DNA of 64,000 bases from Flavobacteriales bacterium UBA3364 (GTDB taxonomy: Bacteria; Bacteroidota; Bacteroidia; Flavobacteriales_F; PHOS-HE28): contig DEQO01000125.1 in NCBI GenBank assembly GCA_002360495.1, forward strand, positions 8,751 through 72,750. The letters are read 5' to 3'. The first letter of the stretch is position 1, and every line of letters starts with the position of its first letter. Below, piece after piece: positions 18,693 to 27,221 of the stretch. Below the pieces are notes generated by a model. The model did no database searches. It saw nothing but the letters and a program-made list of their open reading frames with translations, and was not told the DNA's origin. The position numbers and the translations under genes were made by a program.

Positions 18693-19517
18693 TCAAACGA
18701 GGGCTTCCTCCAGTACGCTGCTGTAGAAATCGGCGTGGGCCTGCACCTGCTCGGCATCGGTGGAATAAGCCAACACCGGCTTGTCGTAAGCCTTCACTGC
18801 TGCCTCCAGCCCCTTGCCCAGCTTCGAACTCGAACGCACAACGGCGTCGGACAGTCCCATGCCGAACTTGATCAGGTCGTCGGTCGTAGGCTTGGAGAGG
18901 CCTTTCAGCAATTCCTTGTCGAAGCCCTCCATGGCCAGCTTTTTGGCCAGGTCCTTGTCCAGCGGTTCGGCCTTCTGGTCGTAGACGCTGAACACGAGCT
19001 TGGTGTTCTCGAAGTGGGGGTCATCTGCGAAATGATGGCGCACATAAAGCGGCACGAAGGCTGTCATCCAACCGTGGCAATGGATGATGTCCGGCACCCA
19101 GCCGAGCTTGCGCACGGTCTCCAGCACACCGCGGCCGAAGAACAGGGCGCGCTCGTCGTTGTCCGGGAAGAAGTTGCCTTGGGCGTCGTGCGTATCTGCC
19201 TTGCGCTTGAAATACTCCTCGTTATCGATGAAGTAGACCTGCATGCGCGCACTGGGCACGCTGGCCACCTTGATCAGCAAGGCGTGGTCGGTATCGTTGA
19301 TGATGAGGTTCATCCCGCTGAGCCGGATCACTTCATGCAACTGGTGCCGACGCTCGTTGATGCAGCCGAACTTCGGCATGAACACACGGATCTCGTTGCC
19401 GCAATCCAGGATGCCTTGCGGCAATTGGCGCGCGACCTTCGCCATTTCCTCCGGACCGTCCATGAAGGGTTGGATCGACTGGGAAATGGTGAGGACCTTC
19501 ACGTTCTTCAAGCTCAT
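18693..19517 (-). CDS. Short glycogen/starch synthase-like protein (GT5 N-terminal domain only)
   Basis: 274 aa, with the region GNEIRVFMPKFGCINERRHQLHEV...MQVYFIDNEEYF. Confidence 0.85.
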   Translation of the reverse strand: MSLKNVKVLTISQSIQPFMDGPEEMAKVARQLPQGILDCGNEIRVFMPKFGCINERRHQLHEVIRLSGMNLIINDTDHALLIKVASVPSARMQVYFIDNEEYFKRKADTHDAQGNFFPDNDERALFFGRGVLETVRKLGWVPDIIHCHGWMTAFVPLYVRHHFADDPHFENTKLVFSVYDQKAEPLDKDLAKKLAMEGFDKELLKGLSKPTTDDLIKFGMGLSDAVVRSSSKLGKGLEAAVKAYDKPVLAYSTDAEQVQAHADFYSSVLEEALV

Positions 19518-19543
19518 GATGTTGGGGGGAGGAATTGCGGGTA

Positions 19544-19551
19544 CAAAAATA
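19544..19551 (-). promoter_or_regulatory. Candidate Bacteroidota -7 box (TATTTTTG on the minus strand)
   Basis: Matches TAnnTTTG 27 nt upstream of the glycogen-synthase-like start codon. Confidence 0.4.
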
Positions 19552-19608
19552 TAGACTTTTCAGCGGAACTTCAACATGGAACCCTAGTTTCACCGCCTTC
19601 CAACACCC

Positions 19609-20472
19609 TTGTACCCCGCGTCCATCGTGGACTTCATCACCTCCCCCCCGGCCATTGCCGAATGGACCGCCCAAGCCCGGAGCACCGGGGCCAGTATTGG
19701 CTTCGTTCCCACCATGGGTGCCTTGCACGAAGGGCACTTGGATCTCGTGCACCGGGCCAACGCCGCGTGCGACCGGGTGGTATGCAGCATCTTCGTGAAC
19801 CCCTTGCAATTCAACAACCCGGAGGACCTTCGGCTCTATCCCCGCCAACTGGACAAGGACGTCGAACTCCTCAGGGCTGCGGGGTGCAACGCCTTGTTCG
19901 CGCCGGGGAAGGAGGCTATCTTTTCCGAATTCACCCCACGCACCTATGACCTTGGTGGGCTGGACGATCACTGGGAGGGGCCATCACGGCCCGGCCATTT
20001 CCAAGGGGTCGTGAACGTGGTGGAACGGCTCTTCCACTACGTGCGACCGGACAGGGCATTCTTCGGCGAAAAGGACCGGCAGCAACTGACCATCCTGCGG
20101 CACATCGCCCGAGAGCAACGGTGGCCCGAAGCCATAATACCCTGTGCTACAGTTCGTTCCGAAGATGGACTGGCCCTGAGTTCCCGCAACGCGCGCCTTG
20201 ACCCAACTGAGCGTGATCAGGCGACCATACTCTACAAAGCACTCGCTGTGACCGCCAAGGAGGCGTTCCGATCCACCGTTGAAGCTACCCGCCAGGCCGC
20301 TTTGGCCAAGATCGCTGAAGAACCAGCGGTGACCGTGGACTATTTCGGCATCGCCGACATCGACACCCTGGTACCACTTGCGGATTGGGGTACGCGGTCC
20401 ACGGCCGTTGCCCTTATCGCTGCCCAAGTAGGACCGGTCCGGTTGATCGACAATATCACGCTGCTCCGCTGA
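19609..20472 (+). CDS. panC: Pantoate--beta-alanine ligase
   Basis: GFVPTMGALHEGHLDLV motif. The start is uncertain (TTG at 19609 or GTG at 19624). Confidence 0.93.
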   Translation: MYPASIVDFITSPPAIAEWTAQARSTGASIGFVPTMGALHEGHLDLVHRANAACDRVVCSIFVNPLQFNNPEDLRLYPRQLDKDVELLRAAGCNALFAPGKEAIFSEFTPRTYDLGGLDDHWEGPSRPGHFQGVVNVVERLFHYVRPDRAFFGEKDRQQLTILRHIAREQRWPEAIIPCATVRSEDGLALSSRNARLDPTERDQATILYKALAVTAKEAFRSTVEATRQAALAKIAEEPAVTVDYFGIADIDTLVPLADWGTRSTAVALIAAQVGPVRLIDNITLLR

Positions 20473-20520
20473 AGCCCTCACCGGGTGCTCAGTGTACTTT
20501 CGCCGCCCATTCAGGGGACC

Positions 20521-20721
20521 ATGACCATCGAAGTCGTCCGAACCAAGATCCATCGCGTCCGGGTTTCCGAGGCGAACTTGGATCATATCGGCGGCATCAC
20601 GATCGGCGAGGACCTGATCGACGCTATTGTCCCAACCGCCCAATTGGGCCTTGAAGAGGCAAGGAGATCCCGACCCAGCATCATTTTCCCCAACGAGCAC
20701 ACGAACCGCCTCCGCGCATGA
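20521..20721 (+). pseudogene. panD: Aspartate 1-decarboxylase (PanD) remnant with an in-frame internal deletion and no self-cleavage Ser
   Basis: The 66-aa ORF has a PanD-like N-terminus ([35 protein letters not shown]) and C-terminal tail ([15 protein letters not shown]). It lacks about 50 core residues. The Gly-Ser site reads Gly-Gly. Confidence 0.6.
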
Positions 20722-21746
20722 AGAAGACCATCTTCGGGATCCTGAAAGTGCTGGTGCCGATCGCACTTGGAGTGTGGTTGGTGTTCTACTTCTACAACCA
20801 ACTGGACGAGGAACAACGCGGCGAGCTCTTCACCGCCTTCGGCCAGGCCAACTGGTGGTGGCTGCTGGCCTGTGTGATCCTCGGCTGGCTCAGCCACATG
20901 AGCCGGGCTTGGCGGTGGCGCTATCTGCTGGGCCATATGGGCTACGAGACCCGCTTCTGGAACAGTTACCATGCGGTAATGACCGGGTATTTCATGAACA
21001 TGTTGTTGCCAAGGGCCGGCGAAGCGAGCCGGGCAGTGACCCTCTACCGCACCGAAGGTGTGCCGTTCGAACGCGGTTTCGGCACCATACTCGCTGAGCG
21101 GGCAGTGGATATGGTGATGCTGCTTTCGATCGCAGGGGTCACCCTGGCGTTGCAATGGGACAGGCTCGGGATGTTCCAGGAGCGCATTGCTGCATTCCGG
21201 GCCGACCAAGGAGAACCGGTCCAAGGGGCGGGGTCGACCGGTTGGGGGACGTGGTTCAGCGTGGTCCTTGTGCTCGCGTTGATCGGCGGAGCGTACATGA
21301 TCTGGTCCCGACCTGAATTGCGGGCGCGGGCCAAGGATGCGATCCGTGGATTTATCGCCGGTGTCCGGTCGGTATTCCAAACAAAGGACAAGGGACCGTT
21401 CATCCTGCACACCTTCATCATCTGGACCCTCTACGTTGCCATGTTCGCTGTTGGGTTCTACGCACTGCCTACCACGGCCGAGGTGCCTGCTGCGGGCATC
21501 ATGGCCGGATTCCTGGCCGGTTCCGTGGGCATCATCCTGGTGCAAGGCGGGATCGGTGTTTTCCCCGCCTTCGTGGCCTTGATCGTGGGCATGTACATGG
21601 CACCGCCGGAGGGAGGCGGTTTGATCCGACCTGATGCGCTGGCCATGGGCTGGTTGCTCTGGGTGGCACAGACGTTGATGATCATCACGCTCGGTGGGGT
21701 ATCGCTACTTTTGGTCTCCCGCAGCCGGAAACACGTTGACCAATGA
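20718..21746 (+). CDS. Flippase-like / lysylphosphatidylglycerol-synthase TM-region family membrane protein
   Basis: 342 aa and polytopic. It begins [26 protein letters not shown] and contains ...RAWRWRYLL, typical of the UPF0104 family. ATGA overlap with the panD remnant. Confidence 0.8.
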   Translation: MKKTIFGILKVLVPIALGVWLVFYFYNQLDEEQRGELFTAFGQANWWWLLACVILGWLSHMSRAWRWRYLLGHMGYETRFWNSYHAVMTGYFMNMLLPRAGEASRAVTLYRTEGVPFERGFGTILAERAVDMVMLLSIAGVTLALQWDRLGMFQERIAAFRADQGEPVQGAGSTGWGTWFSVVLVLALIGGAYMIWSRPELRARAKDAIRGFIAGVRSVFQTKDKGPFILHTFIIWTLYVAMFAVGFYALPTTAEVPAAGIMAGFLAGSVGIILVQGGIGVFPAFVALIVGMYMAPPEGGGLIRPDALAMGWLLWVAQTLMIITLGGVSLLLVSRSRKHVDQ

Positions 21747-22249
21747 TCACCGATCCCGCCCAAGCGACCGTAGACAAACGCATCATGGACATCGTCCAAG
21801 TGGTGCGTTCGGCGAACATCTGGCGGATGAAGGGTGATCGGATCGTGTTCACCAACGGTTGCTTCGACATCCTGCATCGTGGCCATGTCGAATACCTGCA
21901 GGAGGCCGCCGCTCTTGGTGATCGATTGATCATCGGCCTGAACAGTGATGCCAGCGTTCGTCGCCTGGGCAAAGCCGCCGATCGCCCATTGAACGACCAG
22001 GACAGCCGGGCCAAGGTGCTGGCGGCATTGCGGCTGGTCGATGCCGTTGTGATCTTCGATCAGGACACACCGCTGGAATTGATCAACGCGATCGGACCCG
22101 ATGTGTTGGTGAAGGGCGGCGACTGGAAACCGGAGGATATCGTGGGTTCCGATGTGGTAAGAAAGCAGGGTGGTGATGTGCGCGCCCTGAAGCTGGTGGA
22201 CGGATTCTCCACCACTGCGCTGGTCGAGAAGATCCGCCATGGCAGCTAA
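21743..22249 (+). CDS. rfaE2: D-glycero-beta-D-manno-heptose 1-phosphate adenylyltransferase-like cytidylyltransferase (RfaE domain II)
   Basis: 168 aa, with VFTNGCFDILHRGHVEYL and GLNSDASVRRLGK. Confidence 0.88.
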   Translation: MITDPAQATVDKRIMDIVQVVRSANIWRMKGDRIVFTNGCFDILHRGHVEYLQEAAALGDRLIIGLNSDASVRRLGKAADRPLNDQDSRAKVLAALRLVDAVVIFDQDTPLELINAIGPDVLVKGGDWKPEDIVGSDVVRKQGGDVRALKLVDGFSTTALVEKIRHGS

Positions 22250-23630
22250 GCTGCGTTCGAAATTCGTTTGCCAGAACTGCGGCACCAGCTATGCGCAATG
22301 GCTGGGACAATGCGGCCAGTGCAAGGAATGGAACACTCTTGTGGAAGAGGTCGTGGACCGCGTGGAAGAGAAACGTGGCACGCCACAACGCGTAAAGAGC
22401 CGTATCCCGAAGCCTATTGCGATCGATGATATCCCCGCGCAGGACGGGCCTCGCATCGCGCTGAGCGACCGGGAGCTTTCACGCGTTCTCGGTGGTGGGC
22501 TCGTCCCTGGCAGCATCACGTTGCTCGGCGGTGAACCGGGCATCGGGAAAAGCACGTTGCTGCTGCAGACCGCGCTGCGGAACCCGCAGTTGAAGACGCT
22601 CTATGTGAGCGGCGAAGAGAGCGAGCACCAGGTGAAGATGCGCGCGGAGCGATTACAGGCTGATGCCCCCACAGGGCTTCGACGACCCCAGGATGCGAAT
22701 TGCCTTGTTCTGACCGAGACGAATACGCAGAACATCTTCAAGCACATAGAGGCGCTGGAGCCCGGTTTGGTCGTGATCGATAGTGTCCAAACGCTGCACA
22801 CGGCGGTTCTCGACGCAAGCCCGGGAAGTGTAGGTCAGGTGCGTGAATGCACGGCCGAACTGATGCGCTTCGCGAAGACGACCGGTGTACCCATCGTGCT
22901 TATCGGACACATCACGAAGGATGGTTACATCGCGGGGCCGAAAGTGTTGGAGCACATGGTCGATTGCGTGCTGCAGTTCGAGGGTGATCGCGACCATGCG
23001 TTCCGGTTGTTGCGCCCCTTGAAGAACCGTTTCGGTAGCACGAACGAACTCGGCATCTATGAAATGCGCGGCAGCGGGCTCGCCGAAGTGGACGATCCCA
23101 GCCAAGTGTTGACCGGCCGTCGGGAAGACCGTCCGAGCGGTGTGGTGGTCGCTGCAACGATGGAAGGCATGCGCCCGTTGTTGATCGAAGTGCAAGCATT
23201 GGTCAGTACTGCGGTCTATGGAACTCCGCAACGGAGTTCCACCGGCTTCGATCTACGGCGCTTGAACATGCTGCTCGCCGTGATGGAGAAACGTTGTGGC
23301 TTCCGGCTGGGGCAGAAGGACGTGTTCCTGAATCTCGCCGGTGGTTTCCGTGTGGAGGAACCCGCGATCGACCTGGCCGTGGTGTGTGCCGTACTCAGCA
23401 GCAATGCCGATATCGCAGTGCCCATGGATGCGTGCTTCGCCGGTGAAGTAGGCTTGACCGGCGAGATACGCCCCGTGACGCGAACGGAGCAACGGATCGC
23501 CGAAGCAGCCAAATTGGGCTTCGCACGGATCTTTGTTCCGAAGGGGACAAAAGCTGTCGAGCCGGTCAAGGGCATCGATGTCGTCCAGGTCGGTCGTGTG
23601 GACGAGGTACTCGGTCACCTCTTCGGTTGA
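22239..23630 (+). CDS. radA: DNA repair protein RadA
   Basis: Zinc finger CQNCG...CGQC, Walker A GEPGIGKST, KNRFG motif and a Lon-like C-terminal domain. Confidence 0.97.
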   Translation: MAAKLRSKFVCQNCGTSYAQWLGQCGQCKEWNTLVEEVVDRVEEKRGTPQRVKSRIPKPIAIDDIPAQDGPRIALSDRELSRVLGGGLVPGSITLLGGEPGIGKSTLLLQTALRNPQLKTLYVSGEESEHQVKMRAERLQADAPTGLRRPQDANCLVLTETNTQNIFKHIEALEPGLVVIDSVQTLHTAVLDASPGSVGQVRECTAELMRFAKTTGVPIVLIGHITKDGYIAGPKVLEHMVDCVLQFEGDRDHAFRLLRPLKNRFGSTNELGIYEMRGSGLAEVDDPSQVLTGRREDRPSGVVVAATMEGMRPLLIEVQALVSTAVYGTPQRSSTGFDLRRLNMLLAVMEKRCGFRLGQKDVFLNLAGGFRVEEPAIDLAVVCAVLSSNADIAVPMDACFAGEVGLTGEIRPVTRTEQRIAEAAKLGFARIFVPKGTKAVEPVKGIDVVQVGRVDEVLGHLFG

Positions 23631-24841
23631 CCGTTCTTCGCACGCTGCGCGATCGCTTCCGCGGCCCAACGGCCCGTGGTGAATGCTCCTTGCAACAGGA
23701 AGCCTCCGGTGGGTGCATCCCAATCGAGCATTTCACCGGCAACGAATAGATGCGGGTGTCCCTTCAACGAAAGGTCATCATCCACTTCGTCCAATGCGAT
23801 ACCGCCTACGGTACTGATGGCTTCCTCGATGGGCCGCAACCCCGTGACCGGAACATGCAATTGCTTCACGTCCTGTGCGAGTGAACGCCCATCCAAATAG
23901 CGCTGAACTGGGGTGAACGCCTTGAACAACGCAACTGTCGAACGGTCCATCCGCAGTGCCGCCATCCGTTCCTTCCACGCGGCTCCTGACAGGCGTTGTT
24001 CGAGCATCCCGAGGGAACTGTCCGGTTTCAGGTCGATGATCAACTCCGCTATGACGTTCGCATCCAGCTGTGCGCGGACCTCCGGAATGAGCGGGTAGAT
24101 CGCATTGCCCTCAAGACCGTGTTCCGTGATCGTGGCTTCACCACGAACGGTCCGTCCACCGGCCGTGATGGCGATATTCTTCAACGGCTTACCGATGTGC
24201 GGGCGGATGGTCTCCGGCAGATCGACCACCACACCGCAGTTGCTCGCACGAAAGGGAACAGTGCGCACACCGATGCCTTCGAAGTGCGTGCGCCATTCTC
24301 CCGTGGATCCCGTCCTGCTCCATGAGGCACCGCCCAAAGCGAAGAGCGTGTGTTCGCTCCGCACTTCCAACGACGTGCCGTTGTGGTCCATGAGCGGTCG
24401 CACAGCTCGATCGAAGCCGACGAAGCGATGCTCAGGATGGATATGCACGCCTTTGTTCTGCAAGCGCATTGTGATGGCCTTCAGCACCTGGGCCGGCTTG
24501 ATGCCACGCTCCGGGAAGACCCTTCCACTGGATCCGATGAATGTGGGGATCCCAAGACCCTGCAACCACGCCCTCAATTCCGATGGACCGAAGGCATCGA
24601 GCATCGGGTCCATCCACGCTGCCGGAGCGTACCATTCGCGCAGCGCTTCTCCCCCAGCCTTCGTGGTGATGTTCAAACCACCGTCACCGGCCACCAGGAA
24701 CTTGCGGCCCAGTGTTCGACCCTGCTCGTAGAGGTGGACCTCGAAATGATCGGAAAGCCGCTCGGCCGCGATCATCCCGGCAGGACCGCCTCCTATGATC
24801 GTCACGCGCTGCACGGCAGTGAAAGTACCGTTGCGCAGCAC
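23615..24841 (-). CDS. NAD(P)/FAD-dependent oxidoreductase, HI0933/BaiN-like flavoprotein
   Basis: 408 aa. Dinucleotide fold VTIIGGGPAGMIAAERL and C-terminal GEMLDWDAPTGGFLLQ. The 3' end overlaps radA by 16 nt. Confidence 0.88.
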   Translation of the reverse strand: MLRNGTFTAVQRVTIIGGGPAGMIAAERLSDHFEVHLYEQGRTLGRKFLVAGDGGLNITTKAGGEALREWYAPAAWMDPMLDAFGPSELRAWLQGLGIPTFIGSSGRVFPERGIKPAQVLKAITMRLQNKGVHIHPEHRFVGFDRAVRPLMDHNGTSLEVRSEHTLFALGGASWSRTGSTGEWRTHFEGIGVRTVPFRASNCGVVVDLPETIRPHIGKPLKNIAITAGGRTVRGEATITEHGLEGNAIYPLIPEVRAQLDANVIAELIIDLKPDSSLGMLEQRLSGAAWKERMAALRMDRSTVALFKAFTPVQRYLDGRSLAQDVKQLHVPVTGLRPIEEAISTVGGIALDEVDDDLSLKGHPHLFVAGEMLDWDAPTGGFLLQGAFTTGRWAAEAIAQRAKNGQPKR

Positions 24842-24960
24842 CTGGATCCCCGAGGAACTGTGTCGGCGCCATTACAGCGTTGAAGTGATCACGCCTCTTT
24901 CCGTCGATCCTTGGGATCGTTAAGAGTTGGTAAAGAGCTGGATCGGCCCGTATCCCGCGA

Positions 24961-24989
24961 TTGGTATGCGTGCATACTTTCTAATTTTG
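24961..24989 (+). promoter_or_regulatory. Candidate Bacteroidota promoter (TTG, 18-nt spacer, TAATTTTG)
   Basis: TTG at 24961-24963 and a perfect TAnnTTTG box at 24982-24989, 4 nt before the ATG at 24994. Confidence 0.45.
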
Positions 24990-24993
24990 CAGG

Positions 24994-25404
24994 ATGAACA
25001 TGGAACATCAATTGATCGATACCCGATCGGCCGTCCTGGAGCGTGTCTCCGATGGGCTGATCGAGCTGCGGTTCAAGCCTGATGTGAAGTTGGACGTGGA
25101 GGGGATGACCCAGATCGTGCTTGCAAAACGCCAACTTGGGAGCCCGGGGACGGATGTACTGGCCATCCTTCCGCCGGAGCTGGATTTCGACCTCGATGTG
25201 CTGACCATCGACCATGACGAAGTGAACGGCGGTTGTGGGAACGTGGAGCGCATGGCTTTCGCCACACAGAGCTCGTTCAATGAGCGGTTGACGAACATCT
25301 ACTTCCGCTATCACCCAAGACCCTATCCCACCGGGGTCTTCTTGAGCGAGGCCGATGCGCGGAAATGGCTAGCAACGAAATTGCCGGAACCCTCGGCTTC
25401 TTGA
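24994..25404 (+). CDS. Hypothetical protein (136 aa)
   Basis: Clean ORF with a promoter-like box directly upstream. I cannot assign a family with confidence. Confidence 0.7.
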   Translation: MNMEHQLIDTRSAVLERVSDGLIELRFKPDVKLDVEGMTQIVLAKRQLGSPGTDVLAILPPELDFDLDVLTIDHDEVNGGCGNVERMAFATQSSFNERLTNIYFRYHPRPYPTGVFLSEADARKWLATKLPEPSAS

Positions 25405-25414
25405 ACGTTGGACC

Positions 25415-26389
25415 CTACTCCTTGACCAGGTTGTAGAGTTCCTTCAGGTCGGGGATCAGGACCACGTCGATGCGGCGGTTCTTGGCTTTGTCCGATGGGT
25501 CCACCGGAACGTATTCGCCACGGCCAGCCGCTGTGATGCGGACCGGATCGGTCTTGCTGGTCTCCTGGATGATCCTGACCACGCTTGTCGCACGCATGAC
25601 GCTGAGATCCCAGTTGTCCTTGTAGGCGCTTCCGCCGGCGATCTTGTCGGTATCGGTGTGGCCTTCGACCAGGATGCTGAGGTCCTTTTCGTTCTCGATG
25701 GCCTTGGCCAATTTGCCGATGGCTTCGCGGCCCTTGGCGTCCACAGTGGCGCTACCGCTCGGGAAGAGCAGCTTGTTGTCCATGCTCACATAGATCCGTC
25801 CGTTGCGTTGCTCCACGGTCAACCCTTTGCCCTCAAACCCGGACAGGGCCTGGCTCACCCGGTCCTTCAGGCTCTTCATGGCGGCATCCTTCGCGGCGAT
25901 CTGTTCCTGCAGTTCAGCCAGTTTGGCTTCACGATCCACCAGCGCCGCTTGCTTTTCCCCGATGCTGATGGCCAGGGCGTTCAGTGAATCCTCCTTGTTC
26001 TGCAGGTCCAATCGCGTCGCTTCAAGGTCCGTGAGCAGTTTGCGGTTCTCGCCGCTCGCCCCGGTCAACAAGGCGTTGTACTTCTCCAGAAGCTCGTCGT
26101 TCAACCCATTGATCTTGTCGTATTGTTTGGTCATCTGACGAAGCGATGTACCAAGAACGGTGGTATCGCGCTCCAACTCACCGTTCCGCTTCTTGCACTC
26201 GGCCAAGCTCCCGCTCATCTCATCCATGCTGGTCTTGGCCTCCAAAGCCTGTGCCTTTGCGGCATCGGTCTCCGCTTGCAGGCTTCTGGCCCGTTGGTCG
26301 GCCTCCTCGTACTTGCGGGCGGGCACACAAGCAACGAACAACAGGCTGAGGAGAACAGGGGCCAGGGCCCAGGGTGAGGGTCGGTGCAT
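25415..26389 (-). CDS. OmpA-family lipoprotein with a long coiled-coil
   Basis: Lipobox LLFVAC, about 170 aa of heptad-rich sequence, and a C-terminal OmpA_C motif (VEGHTDTD...NWDLSVMRATSV...NRRIDVVL). Confidence 0.9.
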   Translation of the reverse strand: MHRPSPWALAPVLLSLLFVACVPARKYEEADQRARSLQAETDAAKAQALEAKTSMDEMSGSLAECKKRNGELERDTTVLGTSLRQMTKQYDKINGLNDELLEKYNALLTGASGENRKLLTDLEATRLDLQNKEDSLNALAISIGEKQAALVDREAKLAELQEQIAAKDAAMKSLKDRVSQALSGFEGKGLTVEQRNGRIYVSMDNKLLFPSGSATVDAKGREAIGKLAKAIENEKDLSILVEGHTDTDKIAGGSAYKDNWDLSVMRATSVVRIIQETSKTDPVRITAAGRGEYVPVDPSDKAKNRRIDVVLIPDLKELYNLVKE

Positions 26390-26435
26390 TGGTGTGACGT
26401 TTGCTTGGAGACGTCAAAGGTGGGTCCTGTCACAC

Positions 26436-26466
26436 TTGAAGCCCCGGCCGGGCAACAATAATTTTG
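26436..26466 (+). promoter_or_regulatory. Candidate Bacteroidota promoter (TTG, 20-nt spacer, TAATTTTG)
   Basis: TTG at 26436-26438 and TAATTTTG at 26459-26466, 17 nt before the ATG at 26484. Confidence 0.45.
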
Positions 26467-26483
26467 AACAAGCCGTTCCAAGG

Positions 26484-27221
26484 ATGAACATGCACGCAGG
26501 CGCATATACCGGGTTACCGAAGGATTGGCTGTACTCCCCGTCCATCGACCTTGAGATGAAGCAGTACACGCTGCTCGGCTTCCTGCAACGGGTGAAGGCC
26601 CGGTTCGCGGAACGGAAACTCTACCCCTACCTCGAACATGTTCAATCCCATATGGAGGAGTTGCTCCATCTGCAACGCTCCAAGGAACAATTGGCACGCA
26701 GTCTTGGTGGACCATTGACAGGATTCGACCCAACGACCGGGGAGGCGGTCCATGAAAGACCGCAGGATGGTGCGCTGCTCAGGGTGATCGACGATGTGGT
26801 GGACTTCGCAGTACCTGGATTGATGCAGGTCCAGAACGAGGGGCTCGGATTGCGCACTGAACTCGAACAGCACATCCGGTTCGGTCCGGTCGGTCTACAG
26901 CCCTTACACATCTCCGAAGGCTGGATCTTGCTGCGTACCGGGCATGGCACGCGGGTCTATGGCTACTCCATTCCCCTGCTGTTGGACCCGAGGGCCGAGT
27001 TCCACCATCGCAGCGTGTTCACACGGTACGTGACGACATATACAGCAGGGATCACCTGCACGTACGAACACATGAAAGCGGAGCTCATCCACCAGCATCC
27101 GTTGCTTCCGAACCCGGCGACCTTCGTGGTGGAAACGGACCTCGACCTGCCATACGTGGAAACCTTCGTACCGCTGGCCAAGCGGCTGGTGCATGCGCAC
27201 GTTTCAGGACGACCTCATTGA
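26484..27221 (+). CDS. Hypothetical protein (245 aa)
   Basis: I trimmed the start to MNMHAGAY, because the upstream part of the ORF is antisense to the OmpA gene. No family recognised. Confidence 0.75.
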   Translation: MNMHAGAYTGLPKDWLYSPSIDLEMKQYTLLGFLQRVKARFAERKLYPYLEHVQSHMEELLHLQRSKEQLARSLGGPLTGFDPTTGEAVHERPQDGALLRVIDDVVDFAVPGLMQVQNEGLGLRTELEQHIRFGPVGLQPLHISEGWILLRTGHGTRVYGYSIPLLLDPRAEFHHRSVFTRYVTTYTAGITCTYEHMKAELIHQHPLLPNPATFVVETDLDLPYVETFVPLAKRLVHAHVSGRPH

